DNA from: a virus
Taxonomy: Duplodnaviria > Heunggongvirae > Uroviricota > Caudoviricetes
Direction: 5' to 3' (one strand)
Length of the DNA stretch: 64,000 bases
Virus record (IMG/VR): IMGVR_UViG_3300042348_001285
The notes under the pieces were generated by a model that saw only the letters and a list, made by a program, of their open reading frames with translations, did not search any database and was not told where the DNA came from. Numbering within the stretch: position 1 is the stretch's first letter; the number at the start of each line of letters is the position of its first letter. Positions 1 to 9,233 of the stretch are shown here, piece after piece. Made by a program: the position numbers and the translations under genes.

Positions 1-7
1 CCGCACG

Positions 8-519
8 TCAAGCATTGGCCCTCAGCATGTTGCAAAAAATACGGCCTTGCTCAATGGCATCATCAAGGGCTATATGGGTATGCTTAGACTTTGGGGGAAA
101 CCACGCCTTTGGATAATTACGTTTTGTAGATTGCCTGTACGGTCTCTTCAAGAGAGCCATAGCATATGTCTTGCCATCTAGGGCAGAGAAGCTAAATGGG
201 GATTCCCCTGCGAATTTAATCATATACCAATACACGAACAGGAAGTCAAAGCCTGCGGGAAACGCAACAAATACAGGTTTGCCACTCCCTGTACGTTCTC
301 CCGGCACGCCGCCCAAGCCCCAGGTTGAGACCTCCACCACTCGGCAGTTTGGGGATCTGGTTTTGCCCCTGGCAATGTTTTTAAGTTAATACTAAATGTC
401 CCTAACAAAACACCATCCGAACTAAAAGCAGCTGACCCCAAAGATAACATACTGTGTGGGCCCGGGATTGGCCCGTCAGTTTCTATGTCGGTTGAGAAGT
501 AGATTTCATGGTTTGTCAT
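8..519 (-). pseudogene. DnaQ-like DEDDh 3'-5' exonuclease with the reading frame split by a frameshift near 220-340
   Basis: The ORF at 220..519 carries the Exo I motif 'FSTDIETDG'. The overlapping ORF at 8..340, in another minus frame, carries Exo II-like '[10 protein letters not shown]' and Exo III 'HIALDDAIE'. Together they make one exonuclease domain, so this is a frameshift, a sequencing error, or programmed. Confidence 0.55.
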
Positions 520-579
520 GGGTCGAGTCAGGTGTTTACCGTGGGTGATATAGATGGTGTAGATAACCCCAAACAGCGA

Positions 580-882
580 TTAGCGAGGCAAAATAAGGCG
601 GGACTCTGGTTCGTCTTCGATTCGAATAGCCTCCTTGACGGTTAGATCGTTAGTCCCCTCAATCCGAGTGAATGATAAGGCATAGTTTCCTTCTTCAGCT
701 TGAGATGCTACGGAGTAGAGACCAAGTGAGCGCATGAATAATTCATCTCGGGTCAGTCCCTCTCGTTCTGAGAGCGAATTAAAAGCTTCGGCAAAGTTGG
801 TTGGTAAATTGATTGTGACTGCGGTTTGCTGTGGTTGCTTTGAGTTTTCTGCCGAATAGTCAGGTGGTTCTACAGTTGTCAT
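580..882 (-). CDS. small DNA-binding protein, ribbon-helix-helix (CopG/Arc-like) candidate
   Basis: 'VTINLPTNFAEAFNSLSEREGLTRDELFMRSL' fits the beta-strand plus two-helix RHH pattern. Confidence 0.35.
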   Translation of the reverse strand: MTTVEPPDYSAENSKQPQQTAVTINLPTNFAEAFNSLSEREGLTRDELFMRSLGLYSVASQAEEGNYALSFTRIEGTNDLTVKEAIRIEDEPESRLILPR

Positions 883-1029
883 TTGCTATTTGCGATTTGC
901 GAATGGGTGTTGTTGTTGCCTAGGGTTGTTGTTGCGATGCGTTAAGGACTTTTTCGTTGGCCCTATCAATGTAACTAAGCGTGATTGCCGTTAGCATAGG
1001 GGTCAAGTTTCGGCGTGCGACCACTCATT

Positions 1030-1410
1030 TCAGTTCACGCCTGCAATGTCACCGAAAGTTCTAACTTTCTTGACCGCAGGGGTAGTGGCATTAAACTCAT
1101 CAATGGCTTTTGATAATGACTGCGTTATAATGGTGGTTAGTTCTGCGTGGGTCAAAGCTGTCGAGTCGGAAAATTTGATGGCAGGTTCGATAACAACCGG
1201 TGCGGCAACAACTGGGCTACCCGATGCAGCCTTCATTGCGCGGATAGCATCGAGAGCAGTATTATGATCGGTGGCACCTAGGCACTCCAGAAGTTCACCA
1301 TAGTTCGTCTGAATCTCCTCAGCCTCATCGCGCATATTGCAAACCCGCCTTCTTAAGTCAATGTTTGCATTCTCAATGCCCTGAAGAATCGAATCAAAAT
1401 TAATGGTCAT
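1030..1410 (-). CDS. hypothetical protein (126 aa)
   Basis: Intact ORF. Its ATG is immediately preceded on the minus strand by an A18 tract and a TTGACT-N18-TACAAT promoter. Confidence 0.5.
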   Translation of the reverse strand: MTINFDSILQGIENANIDLRRRVCNMRDEAEEIQTNYGELLECLGATDHNTALDAIRAMKAASGSPVVAAPVVIEPAIKFSDSTALTHAELTTIITQSLSKAIDEFNATTPAVKKVRTFGDIAGVN

Positions 1411-1428
1411 TTTTTTTTTTTTTTTTTG
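1411..1428. repeat. homopolymer T18 (A18 on the coding strand) abutting the start codon of 1030..1410
   Basis: Direct reading of 'ttttttttttttttttttgag'. Confidence 0.9.
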
Positions 1429-1439
1429 AGAAAGTCATT

Positions 1440-1485
1440 GTCATTACCATTGTAACTACTCCCCCCCTACAAAGTCAAGGTTCGG
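1440..1485 (-). promoter_or_regulatory. sigma70-type promoter TTGACT-N18-TACAAT
   Basis: Reverse complement reads 'TTGACTttgtagggggggagtagtTACAAT'. Confidence 0.5.
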
Positions 1486-2029
1486 TTTCCACCCGGCAAA
1501 CGATCAGTCGCTTGCCCCTAACTGCGATGATAGACGCCCGCTCTGATTTTACCAGGTCCCTAAACCATTCCTTGACTTTTGCGGTTGGTAGCTGATGAGT
1601 TTTCGCGAATGTGGTTGCATTTACCCGGTGTGGTAACCCGAAGATACCTTCAAACATAGCAGGCAAACCCTTTGCATTGACTCTGAATAAGTCCTCAGGT
1701 TGCCGTATACCTAGCACAGAGTTATAATATCGAATGGTGCTTGATTTTAGGTTAGGGTTCTTTAAACCTAATCTAGCCCGGATGAGTTCAGGGTATGTCG
1801 CCACTTTGGTTCTGCGGGGCCCTGGCCTAAACATTCCTCCACCACGATGGAATCTAACCACATATTCATTTTCAACCAACCAATTTAATGCGCAGGGCGT
1901 ATACCCCTTGAGTTTACCAATTTGATTGGCATTTAGGGTAGAGTCTGCCAGTGGTGATCTAACCCATTCGAGTAATAGCGCCAGGGGGGCTAAGGGGGCC
2001 TCTATTATTTTCGGGCCGTCCTGCCCCAT
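1475..2029 (-). CDS. hypothetical protein (184 aa)
   Basis: Long ORF with no recognised motifs. Confidence 0.5.
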   Translation of the reverse strand: MGQDGPKIIEAPLAPLALLLEWVRSPLADSTLNANQIGKLKGYTPCALNWLVENEYVVRFHRGGGMFRPGPRRTKVATYPELIRARLGLKNPNLKSSTIRYYNSVLGIRQPEDLFRVNAKGLPAMFEGIFGLPHRVNATTFAKTHQLPTAKVKEWFRDLVKSERASIIAVRGKRLIVCRVETEP

Positions 2030-2150
2030 GCTGCTTGTCTGCCGTGCAATTAGGGTTTACCCTGCACCCTGCTTCGAGGTTGCCGTCGGGATTGATCACC
2101 GCTGGTTAGGCTTCACATTAAGTATCAGTTACAAGCCTTTCATAGTATGG

Positions 2151-2630
2151 TCAATCATGCTCCCCCGAAAAGTCATTCACCTGGAACCCTTCCCGTGTTG
2201 CAATTACAGTGTTGTCTGACCCGAAGGTTGCCTCCATAATCGGTTCCATCACCTTTGAGGTTAAAAGAGAAGAAAGAGATTTTGTTGAGACGGGGTCTAC
2301 TCCTTCGGGGATAATAACCTCTCCATATTTACATGTGAACGAATACTCAGACCAAATGTCCTCTTTTTCCCCGTCGTATTCACCCCACGAGGTGATATCC
2401 TCAAGATCTTTTCCTTCGGCATTCGTGAAGTAAGGATCATTCACACTGAATTCGCATGGGTCTCCATCGTTGAAGTAAGGTGCATATTGGTTCCAAGTTA
2501 CGGCTTTAATAGCAGGGTTCTCTTCCCAGAATTTTACGAAGAACTCTTTAAGTTTTTCCGTAGCTAATTTCCTGAATTGCTCTTGGTAAGAGATAAAATC
2601 TTGAATAAGGGAGTCAAGGGATTGAGTCAT
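2151..2630 (-). CDS. hypothetical acidic protein (159 aa)
   Basis: Intact ORF. Confidence 0.5.
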   Translation of the reverse strand: MTQSLDSLIQDFISYQEQFRKLATEKLKEFFVKFWEENPAIKAVTWNQYAPYFNDGDPCEFSVNDPYFTNAEGKDLEDITSWGEYDGEKEDIWSEYSFTCKYGEVIIPEGVDPVSTKSLSSLLTSKVMEPIMEATFGSDNTVIATREGFQVNDFSGEHD

Positions 2631-2633
2631 GGT

Positions 2634-3053
2634 TTAATCTCCGATTGGGATGAATTTAGTCTGTTTGTTTGGTGATTTGTTAGTTCCTGACATCCATGGT
2701 TGGACAACCATATTGTTCAGGTATTTCTCGACTGTGGGAATAAACCCCAGATCCTGAATAATGTGATCCTCAGCAATGTCTCGCGGAGAGTAAGTTACCC
2801 CCGCAGAGTTTACACGAGTGCGTCCGAACATTTGCTCGACGACGAAACACCCGAAAGAAGAGTGCAACAACGCACGGTGCCGAATGTCGGGGAACGCAAT
2901 TTTACTACTGTCGATAAAGTCGTCGATGTCAGCGTAATCGTCTGGTAATCCGCCGTACTTCTTGGCATGTTTTCGCCCATGTAGAAAAGGTTTCATTTTG
3001 CTTTTGGGTCTAGGGTGTGTATGTATCCAGGTTTCATTGGTACCGCTCATCAC
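2634..3053 (-). CDS. hypothetical protein (139 aa)
   Basis: Intact ORF, 4 nt downstream of the previous gene. Confidence 0.5.
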   Translation of the reverse strand: MMSGTNETWIHTHPRPKSKMKPFLHGRKHAKKYGGLPDDYADIDDFIDSSKIAFPDIRHRALLHSSFGCFVVEQMFGRTRVNSAGVTYSPRDIAEDHIIQDLGFIPTVEKYLNNMVVQPWMSGTNKSPNKQTKFIPIGD

Positions 3054-3076
3054 GGTCTACAAAAGCAGGGACTGAT

Positions 3077-3820
3077 TTACCACACGACCTTATAACGAGT
3101 TGGGCTAATTACCTTGGGGGCACTGACCACATCTAAGGCAGCAACAAAGTTGGCTATGGCATCCTTGCAATACTCAGTTACCTTGCCGATATCGCAACAC
3201 CCATCGATTGTAACATGCGGATACTCCTTAATAAAAGGTAACTTACTTGCATTGTCGTAACCTTCAATAACCCTATCCATAAATGGTCTCCCTTGGGACT
3301 CGAACCGATCTTTGACATCGGATTTCCTGCCATGTTCTTGCCTCAATTGTTTATTCCTCCTTTCAATCCTCAACGCAGCTTCATCGGCAGGAACATCAAA
3401 GTAAATCTCAAAGTCTGGATAAAACAAACCGCACGCAAGTTCATGTGCTTGCTTAACGGCTTGCCACCCTAAGGCTCTACCCCACCCTTGGTATGCCATG
3501 GTGCTGGTATAGAATCGGTCGCATAATACCCAATTGCCTCTTTCAAGTTCAGGCTTAATTACAGTTTCCACATGTTGGGCTCGATCAGCCATCATCAATA
3601 GGAGTTCGGCCCTTGGGGTTAATGCGGTGGCAGGATCTTTAAGTAGGGATCTAACTGCTGGTAGACATCCGGGTTCGCGAGTCTCTACAACCTGTGCTCC
3701 TTCTGGCAATAAACCACTTGACCATAGCCAATCAGCGATAGTTGCTAGTTGAGTTGTCTTTCCGCACCCATCTATGCCTTCGAAGGTTATGAATTTTCCT
3801 TTCTTTGCTTTAGTTTTCAT
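3077..3820 (-). CDS. tmk: thymidylate kinase
   Basis: P-loop 'FEGIDGCGKTTQ', 'TREPG', 'CDRFYTSTMAYQG' and 'LLMMADRAQH' match the dTMP-kinase family signature. Confidence 0.85.
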   Translation of the reverse strand: MKTKAKKGKFITFEGIDGCGKTTQLATIADWLWSSGLLPEGAQVVETREPGCLPAVRSLLKDPATALTPRAELLLMMADRAQHVETVIKPELERGNWVLCDRFYTSTMAYQGWGRALGWQAVKQAHELACGLFYPDFEIYFDVPADEAALRIERRNKQLRQEHGRKSDVKDRFESQGRPFMDRVIEGYDNASKLPFIKEYPHVTIDGCCDIGKVTEYCKDAIANFVAALDVVSAPKVISPTRYKVVW

Positions 3821-3857
3821 TGCTTGTATGTTGTTGATTGGCGTTAGTTGGCGTCCC

Positions 3858-4196
3858 TCAAAGCCACTGCTTGGCTAGTTTTTCAAAGTTCTCCCCGTTC
3901 TCAAAGTCAGCCTCTCCCAGAATCTCAGACGACCCGTCACTGTAGAAGTTCACCATGATGTATCTCTGGTACCCGCAACTGATTCTCCATGAACATTCTT
4001 TAAACTCTTCAGTTTCTTTTTCGGGGTACTTTGGGGTAAAGCGACCATCATCACCCCGAGCATTACAGTCTATGTCGCCCAAAAAGTGCAAATTAACTGC
4101 TTTTCTCAGTTCTCTCTGAGTTTTATCACTAAAGCCATAGCTGATGAAGACCGGGAAGGTCCCCAATAGGGCCTTATTGCGGGGTTCAGATTGCAT
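3858..4196 (-). CDS. hypothetical protein (112 aa)
   Basis: Intact ORF. Confidence 0.45.
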   Translation of the reverse strand: MQSEPRNKALLGTFPVFISYGFSDKTQRELRKAVNLHFLGDIDCNARGDDGRFTPKYPEKETEEFKECSWRISCGYQRYIMVNFYSDGSSEILGEADFENGENFEKLAKQWL

Positions 4197-4379
4197 GTTT
4201 TATCGAATGATTGTCTTTAAATAGGCTTGATATCGCATAAACCTCCCAACCGATGGGTTAACACCTAGGCTCCGACAAACTTCGCAATACGACAAGAATT
4301 CATACCACGGGGTTGTAGGATCTAAGGCTTCTAGGGATCTTGGGACTTTTGACTTTACAGCTGAACTAAGCATTAACAC

Positions 4380-4943
4380 CTATGGAATAATACGATGAAC
4401 CCATGCCCTTCCGACATCAGGTTGAACTTTCTCGGAGTAATAACGAATTGAATCCCATCGGTTTGTCCCAACAACGCAAGAAGCATAGATGATGCGGTCG
4501 CTATAGAACCCATCGAAGAAGTTTACCGAGGGTTTATTATAGCTCCATGTGGGACCATCAAATTCACTCCAAGGGTCCTTTACATTGAAAGCGTGCCCCT
4601 TAGAAGATGCTCCTGTGGTCTTCACTCCATCAAGAGCAATAACGTGACCACTATCAGTAAACCAACCATGAGTTATCAAAAACTCACCATTTTTCAGGTA
4701 GCCAACCATATCATTGATGGAAGCACTTTCGTCATAGATATACTTTTCCCCTTTGTAACGCCTAAGAATCTGCCCCATATTTGATGGGTGGCCTGCATCC
4801 CCTAGTTTCAAAAGCTGAGACCGGATACCATAGATGTCATTACTGCCGATTGCCATTGCGATGCAAGTTGCTTGACATGTGCTGCCATCGGGTTGGGATA
4901 GGTTTAAGGCTCGTACTTTAGTGCCCCATTCTGTTTGTGTCAT
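4380..4943 (-). CDS. papain-like (C39-like) cysteine peptidase candidate
   Basis: 'SQPDGSTCQATC' has a Gln six residues before a Cys. Downstream 'SGHVIALDG' could supply the His. This fits a Cys/His papain-like fold. Confidence 0.35.
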   Translation of the reverse strand: MTQTEWGTKVRALNLSQPDGSTCQATCIAMAIGSNDIYGIRSQLLKLGDAGHPSNMGQILRRYKGEKYIYDESASINDMVGYLKNGEFLITHGWFTDSGHVIALDGVKTTGASSKGHAFNVKDPWSEFDGPTWSYNKPSVNFFDGFYSDRIIYASCVVGTNRWDSIRYYSEKVQPDVGRAWVHRIIP

Positions 4944-5012
4944 GGTATGATAATTATGTAATTGAGTTCTAGTCTATGGCTATTTATTTAATGGTGGTTA
5001 GGACAAAGGCCA

Positions 5013-5321
5013 TCAATCGTTCCTCAACCATGGGGGTGCCTTAAAGAAGTTTGCCAGATCGTCTGGACTTTGGGGGCCAATTAGGTGCCGCTCGGGGTCA
5101 GAAAAGCCGAGATTCATGCTGTCAATGAGTTCATCCATGGATCCCGGCTCAGGCTTTCCCGATATTGCTCTCCGCCTTGCTTTTTCCAGGATTTCATAAG
5201 CATGGCGGTTGTGAGTTGCCCACTTCTGTATAAATGACGCCTCTTCAAATGAAACTTCGTCGCCAGTTGCAATCCTAGCCGCTATATCTTCGAGTCGTAG
5301 CCTAGTTTGGGTTGATATCAT
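5013..5321 (-). CDS. hypothetical protein (102 aa)
   Basis: Intact ORF. Confidence 0.45.
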   Translation of the reverse strand: MISTQTRLRLEDIAARIATGDEVSFEEASFIQKWATHNRHAYEILEKARRRAISGKPEPGSMDELIDSMNLGFSDPERHLIGPQSPDDLANFFKAPPWLRND

Positions 5322-5342
5322 GTTAGGGGGGGAGTTTTGTTA

Positions 5343-5537
5343 CTAGGGCCCCGTAATCAAGGGACGATCACCTTTACCCACCAAAGACTTTACCATGAGT
5401 TCAGTAAATCGCTCTTGCCTGCTGGGGCAAACTGACTGGGGGTAGCCGTCAATTGCTTTTTTCAAGGTAGCAAGCTCTTGCCATTCTGCCAGGCTAATGG
5501 GGGCTGGGCCAATGGGTGCAACTTGTTGTGAATTCAT
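5343..5537 (-). CDS. small hypothetical protein (64 aa), start overlaps the upstream stop (ATGA)
   Basis: 'AAA TGA' stop overlaps 'ATG AAT' start, giving MNSQQVAPIGPA... This indicates translational coupling. Confidence 0.5.
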   Translation of the reverse strand: MNSQQVAPIGPAPISLAEWQELATLKKAIDGYPQSVCPSRQERFTELMVKSLVGKGDRPLITGP

Positions 5538-5863
5538 TTTGAGGTGGATGGTGTTAGAGGTTCGGGGATTACCACAGCGGGTGCCATAACCTTGGGAGCA
5601 TACACAGTTAGGGCACGATCGACGGCAATGATCATACCGACCGGGGGAATACAAGCTGCGAGTTTCCACCAAAACCATGGCGCAATCGCTATCCCAGCAA
5701 ACCACCATGCCATCGTGAGTATAGACAGGGCCTTCGTGATACCGAAATCTACCTTGAGTTCGATGGTCGGTTGGTTGGTGGCGGTTTCGATTGCCTTTAA
5801 TGCAGTGTTGTCATTGGCGGGTTGTCTAGATGCGGAGCTAATTGATGCGGAGCTATCAGTCAT
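5534..5863 (-). CDS. small membrane protein (109 aa)
   Basis: Trp-rich hydrophobic segment 'LTMAWWFAGIAIAPWFWWKLAACIPPV'. Confidence 0.5.
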   Translation of the reverse strand: MTDSSASISSASRQPANDNTALKAIETATNQPTIELKVDFGITKALSILTMAWWFAGIAIAPWFWWKLAACIPPVGMIIAVDRALTVYAPKVMAPAVVIPEPLTPSTSK

Positions 5864-5929
5864 TTTAGTGGGTGTCGTTGGATCGGGTGAGTATCACTGG
5901 GAACTAGAAGCGACGGGCAATCTGATTCT

Positions 5930-5966
5930 GTTCTATTGTAGGGAGTTTACCCCCGAAAGTCAATGG
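5930..5966 (-). promoter_or_regulatory. sigma70-type promoter TTGACT-N17-TACAAT
   Basis: Reverse complement reads 'TTGACTttcgggggtaaactcccTACAAT'. Confidence 0.5.
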
Positions 5967-6365
5967 GTGCCGTTGGGATTACCAGTCACCCTCCCGCGAA
6001 CAACGAACTAGGATCGAACCAGGGCCCGCGAGTTCTAACGCAGTAGTAATTGCGTGAGTTGAGTTGTGGGCCAGTATGTTGTGGGTTTGCGGTCCAATGG
6101 ATGAGTAGGTTGAGTTTGAAGTTATTTCGGTTATGACTCGATACGGGAGAAGTTTGAAGTTTGACATTTGTTGCTCGGGGTTTAATATCGGTGTTGCGCT
6201 TCGGGTGTTGCGCTTCGGGTGAGTTAGCCACCGGGTATCAACACAAAACTTAACATTCCGATGGCAGTTTGACGGCAATGAGTTAGCTACCAGATAGCAA
6301 CACAAAACTTAACATTCCGGTAGTAACCGGGTGCAATGAGTTTGATGACAATTAGTTAAAGTTCC

Positions 6366-6392
6366 AAACGACAAAACCCCCGTTTCCGGGGG
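6366..6392 (-). terminator. Rho-independent terminator
   Basis: Minus strand reads CCCCCGGAAACGGGGG followed by UUUUGUCGUUU, just after the stop of 6414..6629. Confidence 0.7.
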
Positions 6393-6413
6393 CGCTGTGG
6401 GAAGGTATGAGCC

Positions 6414-6629
6414 TCATCCAACCCGGCGAAGGTGGGGGGCGCTGTAGCCGTCACACCAATGCCCTTCAGGTGTGCGGCGGTAGCCCGTAATGCTCTTCGG
6501 ATTGACATAGCGGACGGGGCCCTGATGTCCGCCATCATTCTGCATACAACACCAGATGACAGCCTGTGCGGCGTCGTCGGTGACGTACTCCCAGGTACGG
6601 CCGGTAGCGTCGTCGGTAACGGTGGTCAC
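6414..6629 (-). CDS. small cassette ORF (71 aa) with a GTG start in the conserved start position
   Basis: The promoter cassette TGCTACAAT...CGGAACACACC is followed by GTG ACC ACC. Confidence 0.45.
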   Translation of the reverse strand: MTTVTDDATGRTWEYVTDDAAQAVIWCCMQNDGGHQGPVRYVNPKSITGYRRTPEGHWCDGYSAPHLRRVG

Positions 6630-7055
6630 GGTGTGTTCCGGTGCGGTACTTGCATATTGTAGCACCCTGAGGTGAGGACTGTGGCTCCTGGTACCTAGGC
6701 TCGGGAAATCGTTACGGTTCGTCACATTGCCGTGGATGTCGAAACCATGGGAAAAGCCCCGGAAACCGGGGCGGTAGTGGCGGACCCGGAAAGTTACCAG
6801 CGGGCGGCCCAGACCTTAAGCTCAGCCAGGTTGTAAGTGGCCATTGCGGTCCGGTGCGGATGACTCTGTAATTATAGCATGGTTGCCAGGGGTGCTGACG
6901 GGTCTGTGAACATTCGGTAAGTTTGCGCCTCGGGTGTGATGTTACAAAACTTAACACATCAAGGCAGGGAGTTTAACGGCAAGGAGTTTACCACGAGAGT
7001 AATACACTTGTACTAGCTCACCTAGTGGCATTACCCGGTGGCAATACCCAAACAG

Positions 7056-7079
7056 CAAAAAGCCCCGGCGAACCGGGGC
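7056..7079 (-). terminator. Rho-independent terminator (UUCG-loop hairpin plus U-run)
   Basis: Minus strand reads GCCCCGGTTCGCCGGGGC followed by UUUUU, just after the stop at 7092. Confidence 0.7.
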
Positions 7080-7091
7080 AGGGCCAGATAC

Positions 7092-7277
7092 TCAGCGGCG
7101 GTAGCAAAGTTCCCGGTGGAGTGCATTGGACTTTGCGACGCAGCCCCCAAGGCTCTCGGGGCGGATCCTGGCCTCGATGCCAAGACGACGGATGGCCCGG
7201 TGGATTTCAGGGTCCGTCATCAGGGTGGCCTCTTTCTGCCAAGCGGTGAGATCAGCGATGGTAGCGACGGCGGGCAT
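7092..7277 (-). CDS. small cassette ORF (61 aa)
   Basis: The cassette 'TATAATATGTAAGTACCGCACCGGAACGCACC' is followed by ATG. Confidence 0.5.
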   Translation of the reverse strand: MPAVATIADLTAWQKEATLMTDPEIHRAIRRLGIEARIRPESLGGCVAKSNALHRELCYRR

Positions 7278-7556
7278 GGTGCGTTCCGGTGCGGTACTTA
7301 CATATTATATGCCAGGGATGGATGGGTGTCAAGGCGCTGGGCGGTTTTGTTTGCGCCCTGTAACAATGCCGGTCGGTGAGTTTACGCTTCGGGTGTCGCG
7401 CTTCGGGTGAGTTGACTATCGGGTGCGATGTTACAAAACTTAACATTCCGATGCCAATGAGTTCGACCGCAATGAGTTAAGGGTCCAAGTAGCAAGAACC
7501 CGGATAGCAAAAAGCCCCGGCAAGGCCAGGGCAAGGCAGGCAATGGGCCGGAGCCC

Positions 7557-7808
7557 TTAGGTAAGTGCCTCGATAGACTCGATAGACTGGCTCAGCATTC
7601 CCCTCAGCAGACGCAGGGTCTCAAGGGTTTCAGGGGCAGGACGGAAGATAGCCTCGCCATCGGGCCGGTACACTTCCCTCAGGGACCCAATCAGGTTGGC
7701 CAGGGCGATTCCCTCGGTGACGGCCTTGTTCATAATCCGGTCTACCTCAGCGGCGACGGGTGTGGCGGCAGTGGTTGCCGTGAATGTGATGCCGGTTGCG
7801 GTTGCCAT
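7557..7808 (-). CDS. small cassette ORF (83 aa, begins MATAT)
   Basis: Cassette-derived Met at 7808. The ORF-track N-terminal extension is promoter read-through ('CATITESPT'). Confidence 0.5.
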   Translation of the reverse strand: MATATGITFTATTAATPVAAEVDRIMNKAVTEGIALANLIGSLREVYRPDGEAIFRPAPETLETLRLLRGMLSQSIESIEALT

Positions 7809-8194
7809 TGGTGCGGTGTCGGTTGGTGACTCTGTAATTGTAGCACAGGGCCAAGGGTGCTGTGGGTTTGCCGTTGGTTTGCCGTTGGTTTTGTTTACGT
7901 TCGGTAACAATGCCGTTGAGGGTTGGCCGCTAGGAGTAATACACTTGTACTAGCTTGCCCGGTGTTGCTCTCCGGTGTTGCTCTCCGGTGAGTTAACTAT
8001 CATGTGACAACACAAAACTTTACATATCAGGGCAGGGAGTTTGGCGGCAATGAGTTTACTGTCAGGTGGCGACACAAAACTTAACACACCATGGCAGGGA
8101 GTAATACACTTGTACTAGCTCACCCGGTGAGTTTACGCTTCGTGACGATAGGCATGGCAAGGGGGCCCGGCAGGCAAGACCCCCCTAGGCACCC

Positions 8195-8329
8195 TCAGGC
8201 CTCGCCAACGACTTTCCAGCCCTTGGGTTTCAGGCTAAGGGGACCAGTGTAGACGACTTGCTCAAGGAAACCATCGCGGTTGGTGCGCTCAAGCAGCCAC
8301 TGGCTGGAGGTGGTGGTTTTGGTGGCCAT
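8195..8329 (-). CDS. small cassette ORF (44 aa, MATKTTTSSQWLLER...)
   Basis: The cassette at 8335-8380 is followed by ATG GCC ACC. This ORF is below the track threshold. Confidence 0.4.
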   Translation of the reverse strand: MATKTTTSSQWLLERTNRDGFLEQVVYTGPLSLKPKGWKVVGEA

Positions 8330-8403
8330 TGCGGTTCGGTGGGTGACTCCCGGTTAGTGACTCTGAGATTATAGCACGGATAGGCAGGGGGGCGCAAGCC
8401 CCC

Positions 8404-8616
8404 TCAGGCAGGCATCGTGAAGTATGTATCCTCTTCGTCCCATCCTTGCTCGATAAGTTCTGCGATGCCCAGCTCCCCATCTTCCTTGGAAGGGTGCAGC
8501 CAATTCAGCTCCCAGCTCCCATCGTAGCCAACCCGGAAAGTGGCACAGACGGTACCGGGTAGGAGGTGGTAGGGGTGGCCCTCAGGGCAGTAGCAGATGG
8601 AAGGGATGGTTGCCAT
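8404..8616 (-). CDS. small cassette ORF (70 aa, begins MAT)
   Basis: Cassette at 8620-8660. Confidence 0.5.
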   Translation of the reverse strand: MATIPSICYCPEGHPYHLLPGTVCATFRVGYDGSWELNWLHPSKEDGELGIAELIEQGWDEEDTYFTMPA

Positions 8617-8700
8617 GGTGCGTTGCGGTGTCGGTTGGTGACTCTGTGATTATAGCAGGGATGGGCCAGGGAACACAAGCCCCCCCAATCCCCGTCACCC

Positions 8701-9153
8701 TCAGCCAGCAACCACAGCACCCTTGGCAACCTTACGGGGGGCACGCTTGCGGGCGGGGGCCGGTGCATCGGCGGTCACAGTGGCCTTGGTTGCCTTGGTT
8801 GCCTTGGTTGCCTTAGTCCGTTTCCGTGGTGCCGGGGCCGGTGCAGCAGCCAGCAGGGCGATAGGGCCACTTGCGGCCATCAGGACGGGAACCTCAGCGG
8901 GCACGACAATTTCCTGGAACTCAATAGCGATGCCATCGATGGCTTCAACCGTGGCCCTAGCCAGGGCAGCTAATTGGTCGTTGCGGGCATCGATTGCCTC
9001 GCGGGTTTGACAACCCAGATCATAGGCAGTGTCTGCCGTGATGGTGGCCACGGTGATGATGTAGGCGATCACAATGCCAGCAATGCGGGCAGCCTTCTCA
9101 AGGGTGGGGGCCCAATCGGCCTTCAGGATGGTTGCGATGGTGGTGGTGGCCAT
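8701..9153 (-). CDS. hypothetical protein (150 aa) with a KAT-tripeptide repeat and a basic C-terminus
   Basis: Begins MATTT. A 9-bp 'ggccttggt' DNA repeat run at 8775-8810 encodes KATKATKATKAT. Confidence 0.5.
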   Translation of the reverse strand: MATTTIATILKADWAPTLEKAARIAGIVIAYIITVATITADTAYDLGCQTREAIDARNDQLAALARATVEAIDGIAIEFQEIVVPAEVPVLMAASGPIALLAAAPAPAPRKRTKATKATKATKATVTADAPAPARKRAPRKVAKGAVVAG

Positions 9154-9200
9154 GGTGCGTTGCGGTGTCGGTTGGTTGACTCTGTAATTGTACCATACGG
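9154..9200 (-). promoter_or_regulatory. representative copy of the conserved promoter-leader cassette
   Basis: Reverse complement reads 'TGGTACAATTACAGAGTCAACCAACCGACACCGCAACGCACC ATG GCC ACC'. More than 50 near-identical copies lie between 6.3 and 31.4 kb. Confidence 0.7.
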
Positions 9201-9233
9201 CAGGCAGGGGGCGCAAGCCCCCCGTACCCGCAA

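Noticed and set aside
5544-6011. Plus-strand ORFs: 5544..6011, 9838..10041, 11861..12295, 13944..14243, 26119..26544, 41826..42227, 50717..51403, 59074..59478 and others.
   Set aside because: All are antisense to better-supported minus-strand genes or run through repeats, and none has a promoter-like element. The window appears to be transcribed from one strand.
5990-6080. tRNA-like 'aggatcgaaccaggg' resembling a T-arm.
   Set aside because: No complementary T-stem or acceptor stem can be built on either strand.
6712-6957. ORF-track minus ORFs whose N-terminal parts contain CYNYRV, AIITES, CATITESL or HKYRT (also 8289..8480, 12112..12315, 22740..22952, 23975..24166, 21052..21303, 10134..10409, 7252..7446).
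   Set aside because: These are translations of the conserved promoter cassette (TGCTATAATTACAGAGTC...). The real genes start at the cassette ATG or are absent. I trimmed or dropped them accordingly.
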